From Candidatus Binatia bacterium (lineage in GTDB: Bacteria > Desulfobacterota > Binatia > Bin18), in the NCBI GenBank assembly GCA_963664395.2, contig OY761159.2, forward strand, positions 2,208,001 through 2,272,000: 64,000 nucleotides of DNA, in the 5' to 3' direction. Under the pieces are notes generated by a model that was given only the letters and a program-made list of their open reading frames with translations, was not told where the DNA came from and searched no databases. Positions 1 through 7,835 of the stretch are shown piece by piece. The translations under genes and the position numbers were made by a program. The first letter of the stretch is position 1; every line of letters begins with the position of its first letter.

Positions 1-1
1 G

Positions 2-400
2 GGCATTGCTCAAGCCGGTTCCAACCTGTTCTACGCCGTGACCGCCGCCCTCCCCCGTTCCGAGCTGCTGATGTATTGCGCTTCGATTGTCGAGTCGTTT
101 TGTGGCGGGCTGGGGACCGCGCCATTCTTGGCCTTTTTGATGAGTATCTGTAACAAACACCAAGCCGCCACCCAGTACGCCCTGCTGAGCGCGCTCTTTG
201 GCCTGGGGCGGTCGTTGTCAGGGGCCTTTTCCGGGGTGCTCACCCAGAGTATCGGCTACGCGACGTATTTCACCCTGACTTTTTTCCTGGCTTGGCCAGC
301 TTTTGTCCTCTTGCCGTGGGTCCGCATCTGGGTCGTTCAAGCAGAGAAGCGTTCGTCTGCCCGTCAGACCAAAGAGAGTCAGTCAGCCCAGAAAGCGTGA
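2..400 (+). CDS. ampG: AmpG-like muropeptide MFS transporter, C-terminal part (5' end outside window)
   Basis: Frame open from base 2: GIAQAGSNLFYA...ESFCGGLGTAPFLAFLMSICNKHQAATQYALLSAL, typical AmpG C-terminal motifs. Confidence 0.8.
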   Translation, partial: GIAQAGSNLFYAVTAALPRSELLMYCASIVESFCGGLGTAPFLAFLMSICNKHQAATQYALLSALFGLGRSLSGAFSGVLTQSIGYATYFTLTFFLAWPAFVLLPWVRIWVVQAEKRSSARQTKESQSAQKA

Positions 401-424
401 GCGGGTACGAGAGCCCCTTCTGTC

Positions 425-1229
425 CTAGAGCGTGTAGAAGGCGTAGCGCAGGGATAGCCACACCCCGTGGCTCGACAGATGGGCGCGCGTTCGACCCACA
501 GTGAGCGGAACCAGGACATCCCCGTCTCGATTGACGACCCGCGCGATTCCCTCGTCGGTCTCGACAGCGCCGGAATCCGTATAGCGATACGCGAGCTCAA
601 GCGTCAGTCGATCGGTAATCGCTGTGCCGACGCCCGCCGTCAGCATCCAAGCGAAATTAACCTGGTGTCCACCCGGAGCGATGGTCCGCGTTCTGGTGAA
701 CTTCATACGGGTTTTGCCGATATCGATATACGTGGCGCCAGCGCCAGCGCCGATGAACGGGCTGAACGGCCCGAGCCGCGGCAGGCCCAACTGCGGCAGG
801 TCCACATAGGCGGCAAACATGCCGGACAGGGAGGACAATCTCGCCGAGACCTCCTGCCGACCTTGAGTTTGCAAAAAGTTTGCACGACCGGTGAGGGTGA
901 ATCTCGGACGGTATTGAAACAGGGCCTCAATCCGCAGGGCAGGCATGATGGCGTGGCCGAGCCCAAGCTCGAAGCCGGCCGGCGCGCTGAAATCGCCGTG
1001 CGTGCTCAAGGGCGCTCCGTCGTTCCCTGTCCCACAGCCATACAAGGCGTATATGGCCGGCGGGGCGTGGTTCGTACAGTCCTTGTCCTTGAAGCGCGTG
1101 TCCTCCGACCAATCGAGGCCGACTCCGGCCCGCACATAGACATCCTTCGCTTGAGCCCCGGGCCCTGGAGGGCAAAAATAGGGCCGCAACGACCACAACA
1201 ATCCTCCAGATTTGCCATCTCTTCATCAT
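425..1229 (-). CDS. Outer-membrane beta-barrel protein (opacity/OmpA-like family); signal peptide lies in another frame (apparent 1-nt frameshift near 1165-1180)
   Basis: Amphipathic strands, PFIGAGAG, FAWMLTAGVG, LELAYRY, near-terminal LRYAF. MMKRWQIWRIVVVVAALFLP (ATG 1229) is out of frame with GAQA/KDVYVRAG of ORF 425..1201. Confidence 0.7.
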
Positions 1230-1280
1230 AATGTCCTTATGCAAGGCGGTCCGTAAATAATAACCCTTCAGGTGGATATA

Positions 1281-1309
1281 TCATATGCTATATAACATAT
1301 TGCATATGA
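1281..1309. promoter_or_regulatory. 13-bp inverted repeat, candidate operator for the XRE-HTH of the downstream helicase
   Basis: TCATATGCTATAT-aac-ATATTGCATATGA (12/13 paired) in an AT-rich divergent intergenic region. Confidence 0.55.
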
Positions 1310-1320
1310 CGAATATATAT

Positions 1321-1349
1321 TTGACAACTAATCTGCTGCATGCTATTTG
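1321..1349 (+). promoter_or_regulatory. Candidate sigma70 promoter of the defence operon
   Basis: TTGACA-17 bp-TATTTG, with TG upstream of a weak -10. Confidence 0.4.
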
Positions 1350-1380
1350 GTTTGCCCTGAGCAACTGCTGAGGGTTCATA

Positions 1381-4300
1381 ATGGCACGAACAAGCATCGG
1401 TATACCAGGAGACTATTCAACCCGAGTTCGGAATGTGCGGAACCGCCTGGAGTTGACCCAGGTCAAGCTGGCCGAGCGTATCGGAGTCTCCTTTGCAACC
1501 GTGAACCGGTGGGAAAACGGACAGTCGAAACCAACGCGCCTGGCCTGGCAACAGATTCTCAACCTTGAAGCCGGCCTTGAGACATCGCAGGATAATGCTC
1601 AACCTGCCGTAGCTGCATTGGACCCATTACCGCGGCTGGACTTCGCGGCCAAGCCGCACGTGGTCACCGCGGTGGCCGAGGCAACCCGTCTTGCCTACGG
1701 CTATCTTTTCAACCCAGCCTTTGCCTCAGAAATCTCTTTGATTGATCCGCTGCCGCACCAGCGGATTGCCGTCTATGAGCATATGCTGAGCCTGGCGCCA
1801 TTACGATTCCTGCTCGCTGACGATGCCGGCGCAGGAAAGACCATCATGACCGGCCTCTATCTCCGGGAGGTCTTCATGCGCCGCCTCATGAAGCGTGTCC
1901 TCATCGTTCCGCCGGCTGGGCTGGTCGGCAACTGGGAACGCGAGTTGCGCACGCTGTTTCGTCTGCATTTTCGGATCGTGCGGGGCGACGAGGCCCGCAC
2001 CGGAAACCCGTTCGTCGGGTCGGACAGCGACCGTCTCATCGTCAGCCTCGATACCCTGACCGGTGAACGCATGTTTACGCGTATGCGTGAAGCAGTAGTC
2101 TCAGGGGCCGCGCTTCCATACGACCTCGTAGTATTCGACGAAGCCCACAAACTGGCGGCGAACCGCGAGCAGGATTTCCATGTCCGCAAGACCGACCGCT
2201 ATAAGCTCGCCGAGGCGTTGGCAGGTCTGTCCGTCGATGATGCGCGCTGGGAGTTAGGCTGGTCGGCAACAAACGTCCTGCTGCTGACCGCCACGCCACA
2301 TATGGGCAAGGACTTCCCTTATTATTACCTCTGGAGGCTGCTCGCGCCGGACGCGCTTGCAACCTTCGATGCCTTCCAAGCCTTTCCGCAGGCGCAACGC
2401 TCCCGCCATTTTATCCGACGGACCAAGGAAGAAATGGTCCGCTTCGATGGTCAGCCCCTCTACCCGCAGCGCCAATGCGACACGCTGAGCTACACCCTCA
2501 GCCCGGCAGAGCAGCAACTCTACGAGGCAACAACCACATACATCTCCGAGACCTATAACAAAGCGCGCATTCTGAATCGCTCTGCGGCCCGTCTGGCCAT
2601 GAGCGTATTCCAGCGTCGCTTGGCCAGTTCGACCTACGCCTTGCTGCGTTCGTTTGAGCGCCGCCTGGAGCGCCTGGACGAAGCTATCGAACTGGTTCGC
2701 GCCGGCCGTGCCGACGAGTTGGACCGCCGCCAGCAGCGTCTCGGGAAGACACCGGATTTTTTTGAAACGCACACCGCAGATGAAGACATTGACGAGACCG
2801 GCGGGCGCGAACGCCACGAGGAGTTCGAAGATCATGCCCTGGGCACCCTGATCGCGCTCACGCTGTCGGATCTTCAGCACGAACGTTCCGAGGTCGAAAC
2901 GCTGGCCGGTCACGCGCGCCGGCTTGCCAATGCCGGTGAAGACTCCAAGTTCGAGAAACTCCGCGCGGTCCTGCGCGACCCGACCTTCGCCCATGAGAAA
3001 TTTATCATTTTTACCGAGCACCGCGACAGCGCGGAATTCCTCGTCCGGCGTCTCGAAGGACTGGGCTTCACCGGACAAGTCGCGTTGGTCCACGGCGGGC
3101 TCGACTACCGCGAGCGGGAAGTGCAGGTCGAATTGTTCCAGCGGTCGCCGGACCAGGGCGGAGCGACCTATCTGGTCGCTACTGATGCCGCGGGCGAGGG
3201 CATCAACCTCCAGTTCTGCTGGTTAATGGTGAACTATGACGTGCCCTGGAATCCGGCCCGCCTGGAACAACGCATGGGCCGCATCCACCGCTACGGGCAG
3301 AAACGCGACCCGGTCATCATCGTCAACCTGATTGCCGGCGAGACGCGCGAGGGGCGGGTGCTCAAGACCTTGCTCGACAAGTTGGAAAACATCCGCAAAC
3401 AACTCGGGTCCGATAAGGTCTTCGACGTGGTGGGACGCCTGTTCGAGAACGTCTCGCTCCAGGCATACATGGAGCGGGCTGCGACCGAAGACGGGGCGCG
3501 CGGCGCTATCGAGGATATCGACAGCCGTCTGACACAAGAACAAGTGCGTGCGCTGGACGAGCGGGAGCGGGCGTTGTTCGGAGGCGGCGACGTCAAGAGC
3601 CGCCTGCCCGAACTCAAGGCCGCAATGGAGCAGGAAAATTATCGCCGCCTGTTGCCCGGCTATATTCGCCGCTTTGTCGGATCAGCGCTCCCCCTGCTTG
3701 ATATGAAATTGGAGGGCGACCTTGAGGAGGTCTTCAATCTCGCCCCAGAACGCGCGCGTGGTCTTGACCCCGTGCTCGGCGCTTTGGAGGCTTACCCGGA
3801 AGAGATGCAGGGCCGTTTCACAGTGTCTCGGCCACAAGGGGACGGCAACGCCGTCTGGCTGCACCCCGGCGAACCCGTGTTCGACCGATTTTGCACTGCC
3901 CTGTTGTCGCGCTACGGAGATGAGGCGTTACGTGGCACTATCTTCATAGACCCCCATGCCGACTCCCCCTATCTCTTCCATCTGGCACAGGTGTCGGTCG
4001 TTCGCCGCCAGCCGGCGGTAGCTCCTGACCTTCCCCATAAACCCAGTACGGACCGCGAGAGCGCGTATTCCGAAGTAGTCGAGAGCCGTCTGGTCGGGCT
4101 ACGGCAAGACAGCACCGGCGCAATCAAGCCCTGTCCTGTGGAGCACCTGCTGCTCCTGCGCGGCGCAGACCACGTGAAGCCCGGCAGCGTACCGCTGGCC
4201 CGCCAGGCACGCGGGCGGGCTGAAGCCGCGGCTGAATGGCTTCAGGGCGTCACGCTGGCACGCATGGTGGACGAGCACCGTGCACAGATCGAAAGCGCCC

Positions 4301-4980
4301 TGCCCGAGCGACTCGACTGGGCCGCCCGTGGGTACGACCACCAGGCGGCTGAGTTAATCGCCAAACGCCAGCGCATCAACGAACGGGCACGCAGAGGCGA
4401 TACGCGCGCCCGAGCCGAGCTTACCACGGTCAAGGCCCAGCAGCGCCGACTGACCGAGGACAAGGAGTGCCACCTTGCCAGGCTGAAGCTGGAGCCGTCT
4501 TGCATCGTTCCGGGCGAAGCGGTGATGATCGCCCACGCTCTTGTTCTCCCCTCGGACAATCCCGAAGAACGCGAACGGCACGCCGCCGAGGTTGAGGCCA
4601 TCGCTGTGCACTTGGCGCGTGCTTACGAGGAAGAGGCGGGTGCCAGCGTGGACGATGTCTCGCGGCCCGAACTGGCCCGCCGGGCTGGCCTCACCGATTG
4701 GCCGGGCTTCGACCTGCTGTCCCGACACTCTGACACCGGCGAGCGTGCCATTGAGGTCAAAGGTCGTGCCCACTCGGGCGGTATTGAGTTGAGCGAAAAC
4801 GAATGGGCCAATGCCTGCAACCTGCGCGACGGCTACTGGTTATACGTTGTCTTCGACTGCGCTACACCCCGCCCGCGTCTGGTGCGGGTGCGCGACCCGT
4901 TTGGTAAACTGCTCGCCAAGAGCCGCAACGCCACCGCCTACACCATCTCGCCCAAGTCGATTTTGGAAGTAGCCGAGTAA
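1381..4980 (+). CDS. XRE-HTH + SNF2-family helicase + C-terminal DUF3883 (PD-(D/E)xK) nuclease fusion
   Basis: N-term LTQVKLAERIGVSFATVNRWENG; LLADDAGAGKT, FDEAH, LTATP, ATDAAGEGINLQ, WNPARLEQRMGRIHRYGQ; C-term GFDLLS...IEVKGR. Confidence 0.9.
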   Translation: MARTSIGIPGDYSTRVRNVRNRLELTQVKLAERIGVSFATVNRWENGQSKPTRLAWQQILNLEAGLETSQDNAQPAVAALDPLPRLDFAAKPHVVTAVAEATRLAYGYLFNPAFASEISLIDPLPHQRIAVYEHMLSLAPLRFLLADDAGAGKTIMTGLYLREVFMRRLMKRVLIVPPAGLVGNWERELRTLFRLHFRIVRGDEARTGNPFVGSDSDRLIVSLDTLTGERMFTRMREAVVSGAALPYDLVVFDEAHKLAANREQDFHVRKTDRYKLAEALAGLSVDDARWELGWSATNVLLLTATPHMGKDFPYYYLWRLLAPDALATFDAFQAFPQAQRSRHFIRRTKEEMVRFDGQPLYPQRQCDTLSYTLSPAEQQLYEATTTYISETYNKARILNRSAARLAMSVFQRRLASSTYALLRSFERRLERLDEAIELVRAGRADELDRRQQRLGKTPDFFETHTADEDIDETGGRERHEEFEDHALGTLIALTLSDLQHERSEVETLAGHARRLANAGEDSKFEKLRAVLRDPTFAHEKFIIFTEHRDSAEFLVRRLEGLGFTGQVALVHGGLDYREREVQVELFQRSPDQGGATYLVATDAAGEGINLQFCWLMVNYDVPWNPARLEQRMGRIHRYGQKRDPVIIVNLIAGETREGRVLKTLLDKLENIRKQLGSDKVFDVVGRLFENVSLQAYMERAATEDGARGAIEDIDSRLTQEQVRALDERERALFGGGDVKSRLPELKAAMEQENYRRLLPGYIRRFVGSALPLLDMKLEGDLEEVFNLAPERARGLDPVLGALEAYPEEMQGRFTVSRPQGDGNAVWLHPGEPVFDRFCTALLSRYGDEALRGTIFIDPHADSPYLFHLAQVSVVRRQPAVAPDLPHKPSTDRESAYSEVVESRLVGLRQDSTGAIKPCPVEHLLLLRGADHVKPGSVPLARQARGRAEAAAEWLQGVTLARMVDEHRAQIESALPERLDWAARGYDHQAAELIAKRQRINERARRGDTRARAELTTVKAQQRRLTEDKECHLARLKLEPSCIVPGEAVMIAHALVLPSDNPEERERHAAEVEAIAVHLARAYEEEAGASVDDVSRPELARRAGLTDWPGFDLLSRHSDTGERAIEVKGRAHSGGIELSENEWANACNLRDGYWLYVVFDCATPRPRLVRVRDPFGKLLAKSRNATAYTISPKSILEVAE

Positions 4981-4997
4981 GATGAAAGGGTAACGAC

Positions 4998-5084
4998 ATG
5001 GGAGCCACACACGTCACCGTACTCATTTGCAACCCGGCCGAGCCGGACCGCACAAAATTCATGGAGGACATAAAGAGTGACTGA
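4998..5084 (+). pseudogene. Truncated N-terminus resembling a clan AA aspartic protease
   Basis: MGATHVTVLICNPAEPDRT after a purine-rich RBS; ends before the catalytic DTG motif. Confidence 0.45.
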
Positions 5085-6111
5085 TTTGAACATAAATCTG
5101 AATGTACCCGCCCTTGAAAAACTGGCGGACTATACTGCCAGCGGGATCGGTGCAGTTGCCGGACCAATGTTGGCCACATGGAAAGCAAGCAAAGAAGCGG
5201 AGGCAAAACGCATTACGGCACAGGCGGACGCGGATGCACAAATTACTAAAGCCGAGGCAGATGCCAGTAGCTTACAGATCATTGCTGACGCACAAGCCAA
5301 GGCTCGGCAGTCTATTGATGCGCCGATTGAATCAGGCCAAGGCACGCTGGAAATTCGCGGGGATACTATTACTCAACGTATAGAATTCCAGGAGAGGAAA
5401 CGGCAGAGCAATATCGTATCCGTCGTGCGCGCGGCCGCTGCCGAACTTGGGAACAAAGAAGTTCCCAATCACGAGCCAGACCCGGACTGGACCGCCCGTC
5501 TTTTCGACAGCGTCCAAGATGTCTCGTCAGAAGATATGCAGAAAATTTGGGCAAAAATTCTTTCCGGCGAGGTGGAAACTCCCGGAAGAACTTCACTGCG
5601 CACCTTGGACACTCTTAGGAACATGACAAAAAGAGATGCTGAGATGTTCAGCGACGCTTGTAGCTTTGTTTTTCGAGAAGGAGAAGTGTATTTCATTCTA
5701 CGAGGAATACCAGACGAGTACGATGCCCTTCGACATACTAAGCTACTTCATCTACAAGACTGTGGTCTCGCAGCGATTGGTCCGACGTCCTACAAACCTT
5801 CTAATGAAGCTATCTCAGAACTTGTATACCAGAGCCTTCTGCTTCAGATATCAAGAAACGCAAAGGCCCATTCGGGGCTTGAAATTTCAGTCTCAACGCT
5901 CACGACAGCGGGTGTAGAATTGTATCGGCTCTCGGAGCCTCAATTGCGTATGGACTATTTAAGGTCCTTTGCAGGAATTCTTCGTTCCCATAATCATCAA
6001 TTATCGAGTGCGCAGATTGTCAATCAACATTCTGACGGAAGATTAGAGCATCGAAATGAATTTACTCCGATTGAGCCAGAGTCCCAGCAGGTTGGTGGAG
6101 CCGCTAGATGA
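5077..6111 (+). CDS. DUF2806-like protein
   Basis: RQSNIVSVV...DPDWTARLF...VSSEDMQKIWAKILSGEVETPGRTSLRTLDTL; AT-richer than its neighbours; GGAGG RBS. Confidence 0.75.
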   Translation: MTDLNINLNVPALEKLADYTASGIGAVAGPMLATWKASKEAEAKRITAQADADAQITKAEADASSLQIIADAQAKARQSIDAPIESGQGTLEIRGDTITQRIEFQERKRQSNIVSVVRAAAAELGNKEVPNHEPDPDWTARLFDSVQDVSSEDMQKIWAKILSGEVETPGRTSLRTLDTLRNMTKRDAEMFSDACSFVFREGEVYFILRGIPDEYDALRHTKLLHLQDCGLAAIGPTSYKPSNEAISELVYQSLLLQISRNAKAHSGLEISVSTLTTAGVELYRLSEPQLRMDYLRSFAGILRSHNHQLSSAQIVNQHSDGRLEHRNEFTPIEPESQQVGGAAR

Positions 6112-7835
6112 CATCTGATCCCAAACGTCTCATCGAAGTCGATTTCCCACTCGAACAAGTCTCGCTCGACTCGGTACACGAGAAGAATGTGCGTCACGGG
6201 CATATTTCGACGCTGCATATCTGGCCGGCGCGCAGGCCGTTGGCGGCGTGCCGGGCGGCGTTGATTGCGACGTTGCTGCCCGACCCCGGCAATGCGGAGG
6301 AACGCAAGGCCATCTACCGGCGTATGGCCGGGACGGTGGTGGAGACGATCAAGCCGGAAAAGAAGAACGGCAAGACGGTTGAGAAGCGTAGGCGCGAGAC
6401 CCGTGACGGCATTCTGCATTGGGGACGCGAGAACGGCCCTGACCTCGACTGGTTCCGCGACAAAATACGCGAAGCCTATGGTGGCCGCGCGCCCAAGGTG
6501 CTGGACCCGTTCGCCGGTGGCGGGGCGATTCCGTTGGAGGCCATGCGGCTGGGCTGTGAGGTGACGGCCAATGACCTCAACCCGGTCGCCTGGTTCATCC
6601 TGAAATGTACGCTCGAATATCCGCAAAAGCTCGCCGGCCAGACCCGCCCGCTACCCGACTTTGCGCTGCAAGACCGGGACTTCATGGCGTCCTTCCTCAA
6701 GGCAAATGGCTATAAGGGTGCAGCGCTCAGGAGGGAACTTGCCAAGCTCCACCTTGATAAGGACGGCCTGGATAAGGATGGCGGGGTCGCTGAGCCGGAA
6801 CTCATCTACCATAAGCCGCTGCTGGACGCCGACCTTGCCTGGCAGGTGCGCGCTTGGGGCCGCTGGGTATTGGCGCAGGCGCGCAAACGGCTGGCTCGCC
6901 GCTATCCGACCTATGCTGAGTTTCAGGCGTTGAAACCGGCCTCAGATCATTCCTCCCGTGAACGTGTGCTGCAAAAAGAAACCCACCCCGGCCTTCGGCT
7001 ACCCCTCCAAGGAGGGGATAAGGCAAACTCCCCTCTTGGGAGGGGTGCCGCGTCAGCGGCGGGGTGGGTTCCTCCGCTGCAACTGCTGGAACCGGACGCG
7101 GACGGCAAGACGAATGTCGGGCCGCTGAATGCCGGTTTCGCTAAAGCCTATCTTGCTGACCCTGGGCAACCGCGCTGGATAGCCAAGCCCACCGTCGCCT
7201 ATTTGTGGGCGCGAACCGTGCGCTGCAAGGGCTGCCGCGCCACCCTCCCGCTGCTCAAGACCACGTGGCTGGTAAAGAAGGACAACAAGCGCGTGCTGCT
7301 GACCGTGACGCCGCACGCTGACCGGACGGGCCCTTCGACGGGGCTCAGGACAGGCGTCGTGTTCGGCATTGAAAAGGATGTCCCGCCGGTCGGCGGCAAT
7401 GCCGCGCAGCGGCGCGAACACGACAAACGGCGCGGGGCCGGCACCATGAGCCGCTCGGGTGCGCAATGTCCCTGCTGCCCGACGATCATGAGCATGGATG
7501 ACATTCGCTACGAAGGCCGCGCCGGACGGCTGGGCGCGGTCATGACCGTAGTGGTTGTGGATGGGGTGAAGGGCAAGGAATACCGGCTGCCGACCGAGGA
7601 AGAGCTTCGGGTCACTGAGGTTTCGCAACAAGAACTGGCCGAACTCTACGAGCAGATTCCGTTCGGCCTGCCGGAGGAGCCGACACCGCGTCAAGGATGC
7701 CTGGTGCGGCACGTGCCTTGCGTGGACAAGTATGGACTTGACCAATGGGCGAAGCTGTTTACCGAAGCGGCAGTTGCTCTGTCTTGGCTCGTTCGTCGGA
7801 ATTGTGCGAGAACTCGCTCGGAGTATGGATGGTGA
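6108..7835 (+). CDS. DUF1156 adenine DNA methyltransferase, N-terminal part (frameshifted near 7764)
   Basis: RLIEVDFPL...TLHIWPARRPLAACRA; SAM motif VLDPFAGGGAIP; AYLWARTVRC..C zinc ribbon. Confidence 0.85.
   Translation: MTSDPKRLIEVDFPLEQVSLDSVHEKNVRHGHISTLHIWPARRPLAACRAALIATLLPDPGNAEERKAIYRRMAGTVVETIKPEKKNGKTVEKRRRETRDGILHWGRENGPDLDWFRDKIREAYGGRAPKVLDPFAGGGAIPLEAMRLGCEVTANDLNPVAWFILKCTLEYPQKLAGQTRPLPDFALQDRDFMASFLKANGYKGAALRRELAKLHLDKDGLDKDGGVAEPELIYHKPLLDADLAWQVRAWGRWVLAQARKRLARRYPTYAEFQALKPASDHSSRERVLQKETHPGLRLPLQGGDKANSPLGRGAASAAGWVPPLQLLEPDADGKTNVGPLNAGFAKAYLADPGQPRWIAKPTVAYLWARTVRCKGCRATLPLLKTTWLVKKDNKRVLLTVTPHADRTGPSTGLRTGVVFGIEKDVPPVGGNAAQRREHDKRRGAGTMSRSGAQCPCCPTIMSMDDIRYEGRAGRLGAVMTVVVVDGVKGKEYRLPTEEELRVTEVSQQELAELYEQIPFGLPEEPTPRQGCLVRHVPCVDKYGLDQWAKLFTEAAVALSWLVRRNCARTRSEYGW
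6980..7070. repeat. Nested palindromic REP/MITE-like element inserted in frame in the methyltransferase
   Basis: Perfect 11-bp terminal IR AACCCACCCCG/CGGGGTGGGTT; inner 18-bp IR 7001-7018/7029-7046 (16/18). Confidence 0.75.
7331..7355 (+). repeat. 25-bp REP-like element, copy 1 (in frame, encodes PSTGLRTG)
   Basis: CCCTTCGACGGGGCTCAGGACAGGC; 24/25 identical to the reverse complement of 9078-9102. Confidence 0.8.

Noticed and set aside
467-1231. Long antisense ORFs (467..1231 +, also 2254..3093 -, 10059..11174 -, 59805..61037 -)
   Set aside because: They shadow well-supported genes on the opposite strand in GC-rich DNA and show no recognisable motifs
6753-6782. Imperfect 15-bp tandem duplication (LDKDG x2) in the methyltransferase
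   Set aside because: A small in-frame duplication in a variable loop with no further signal
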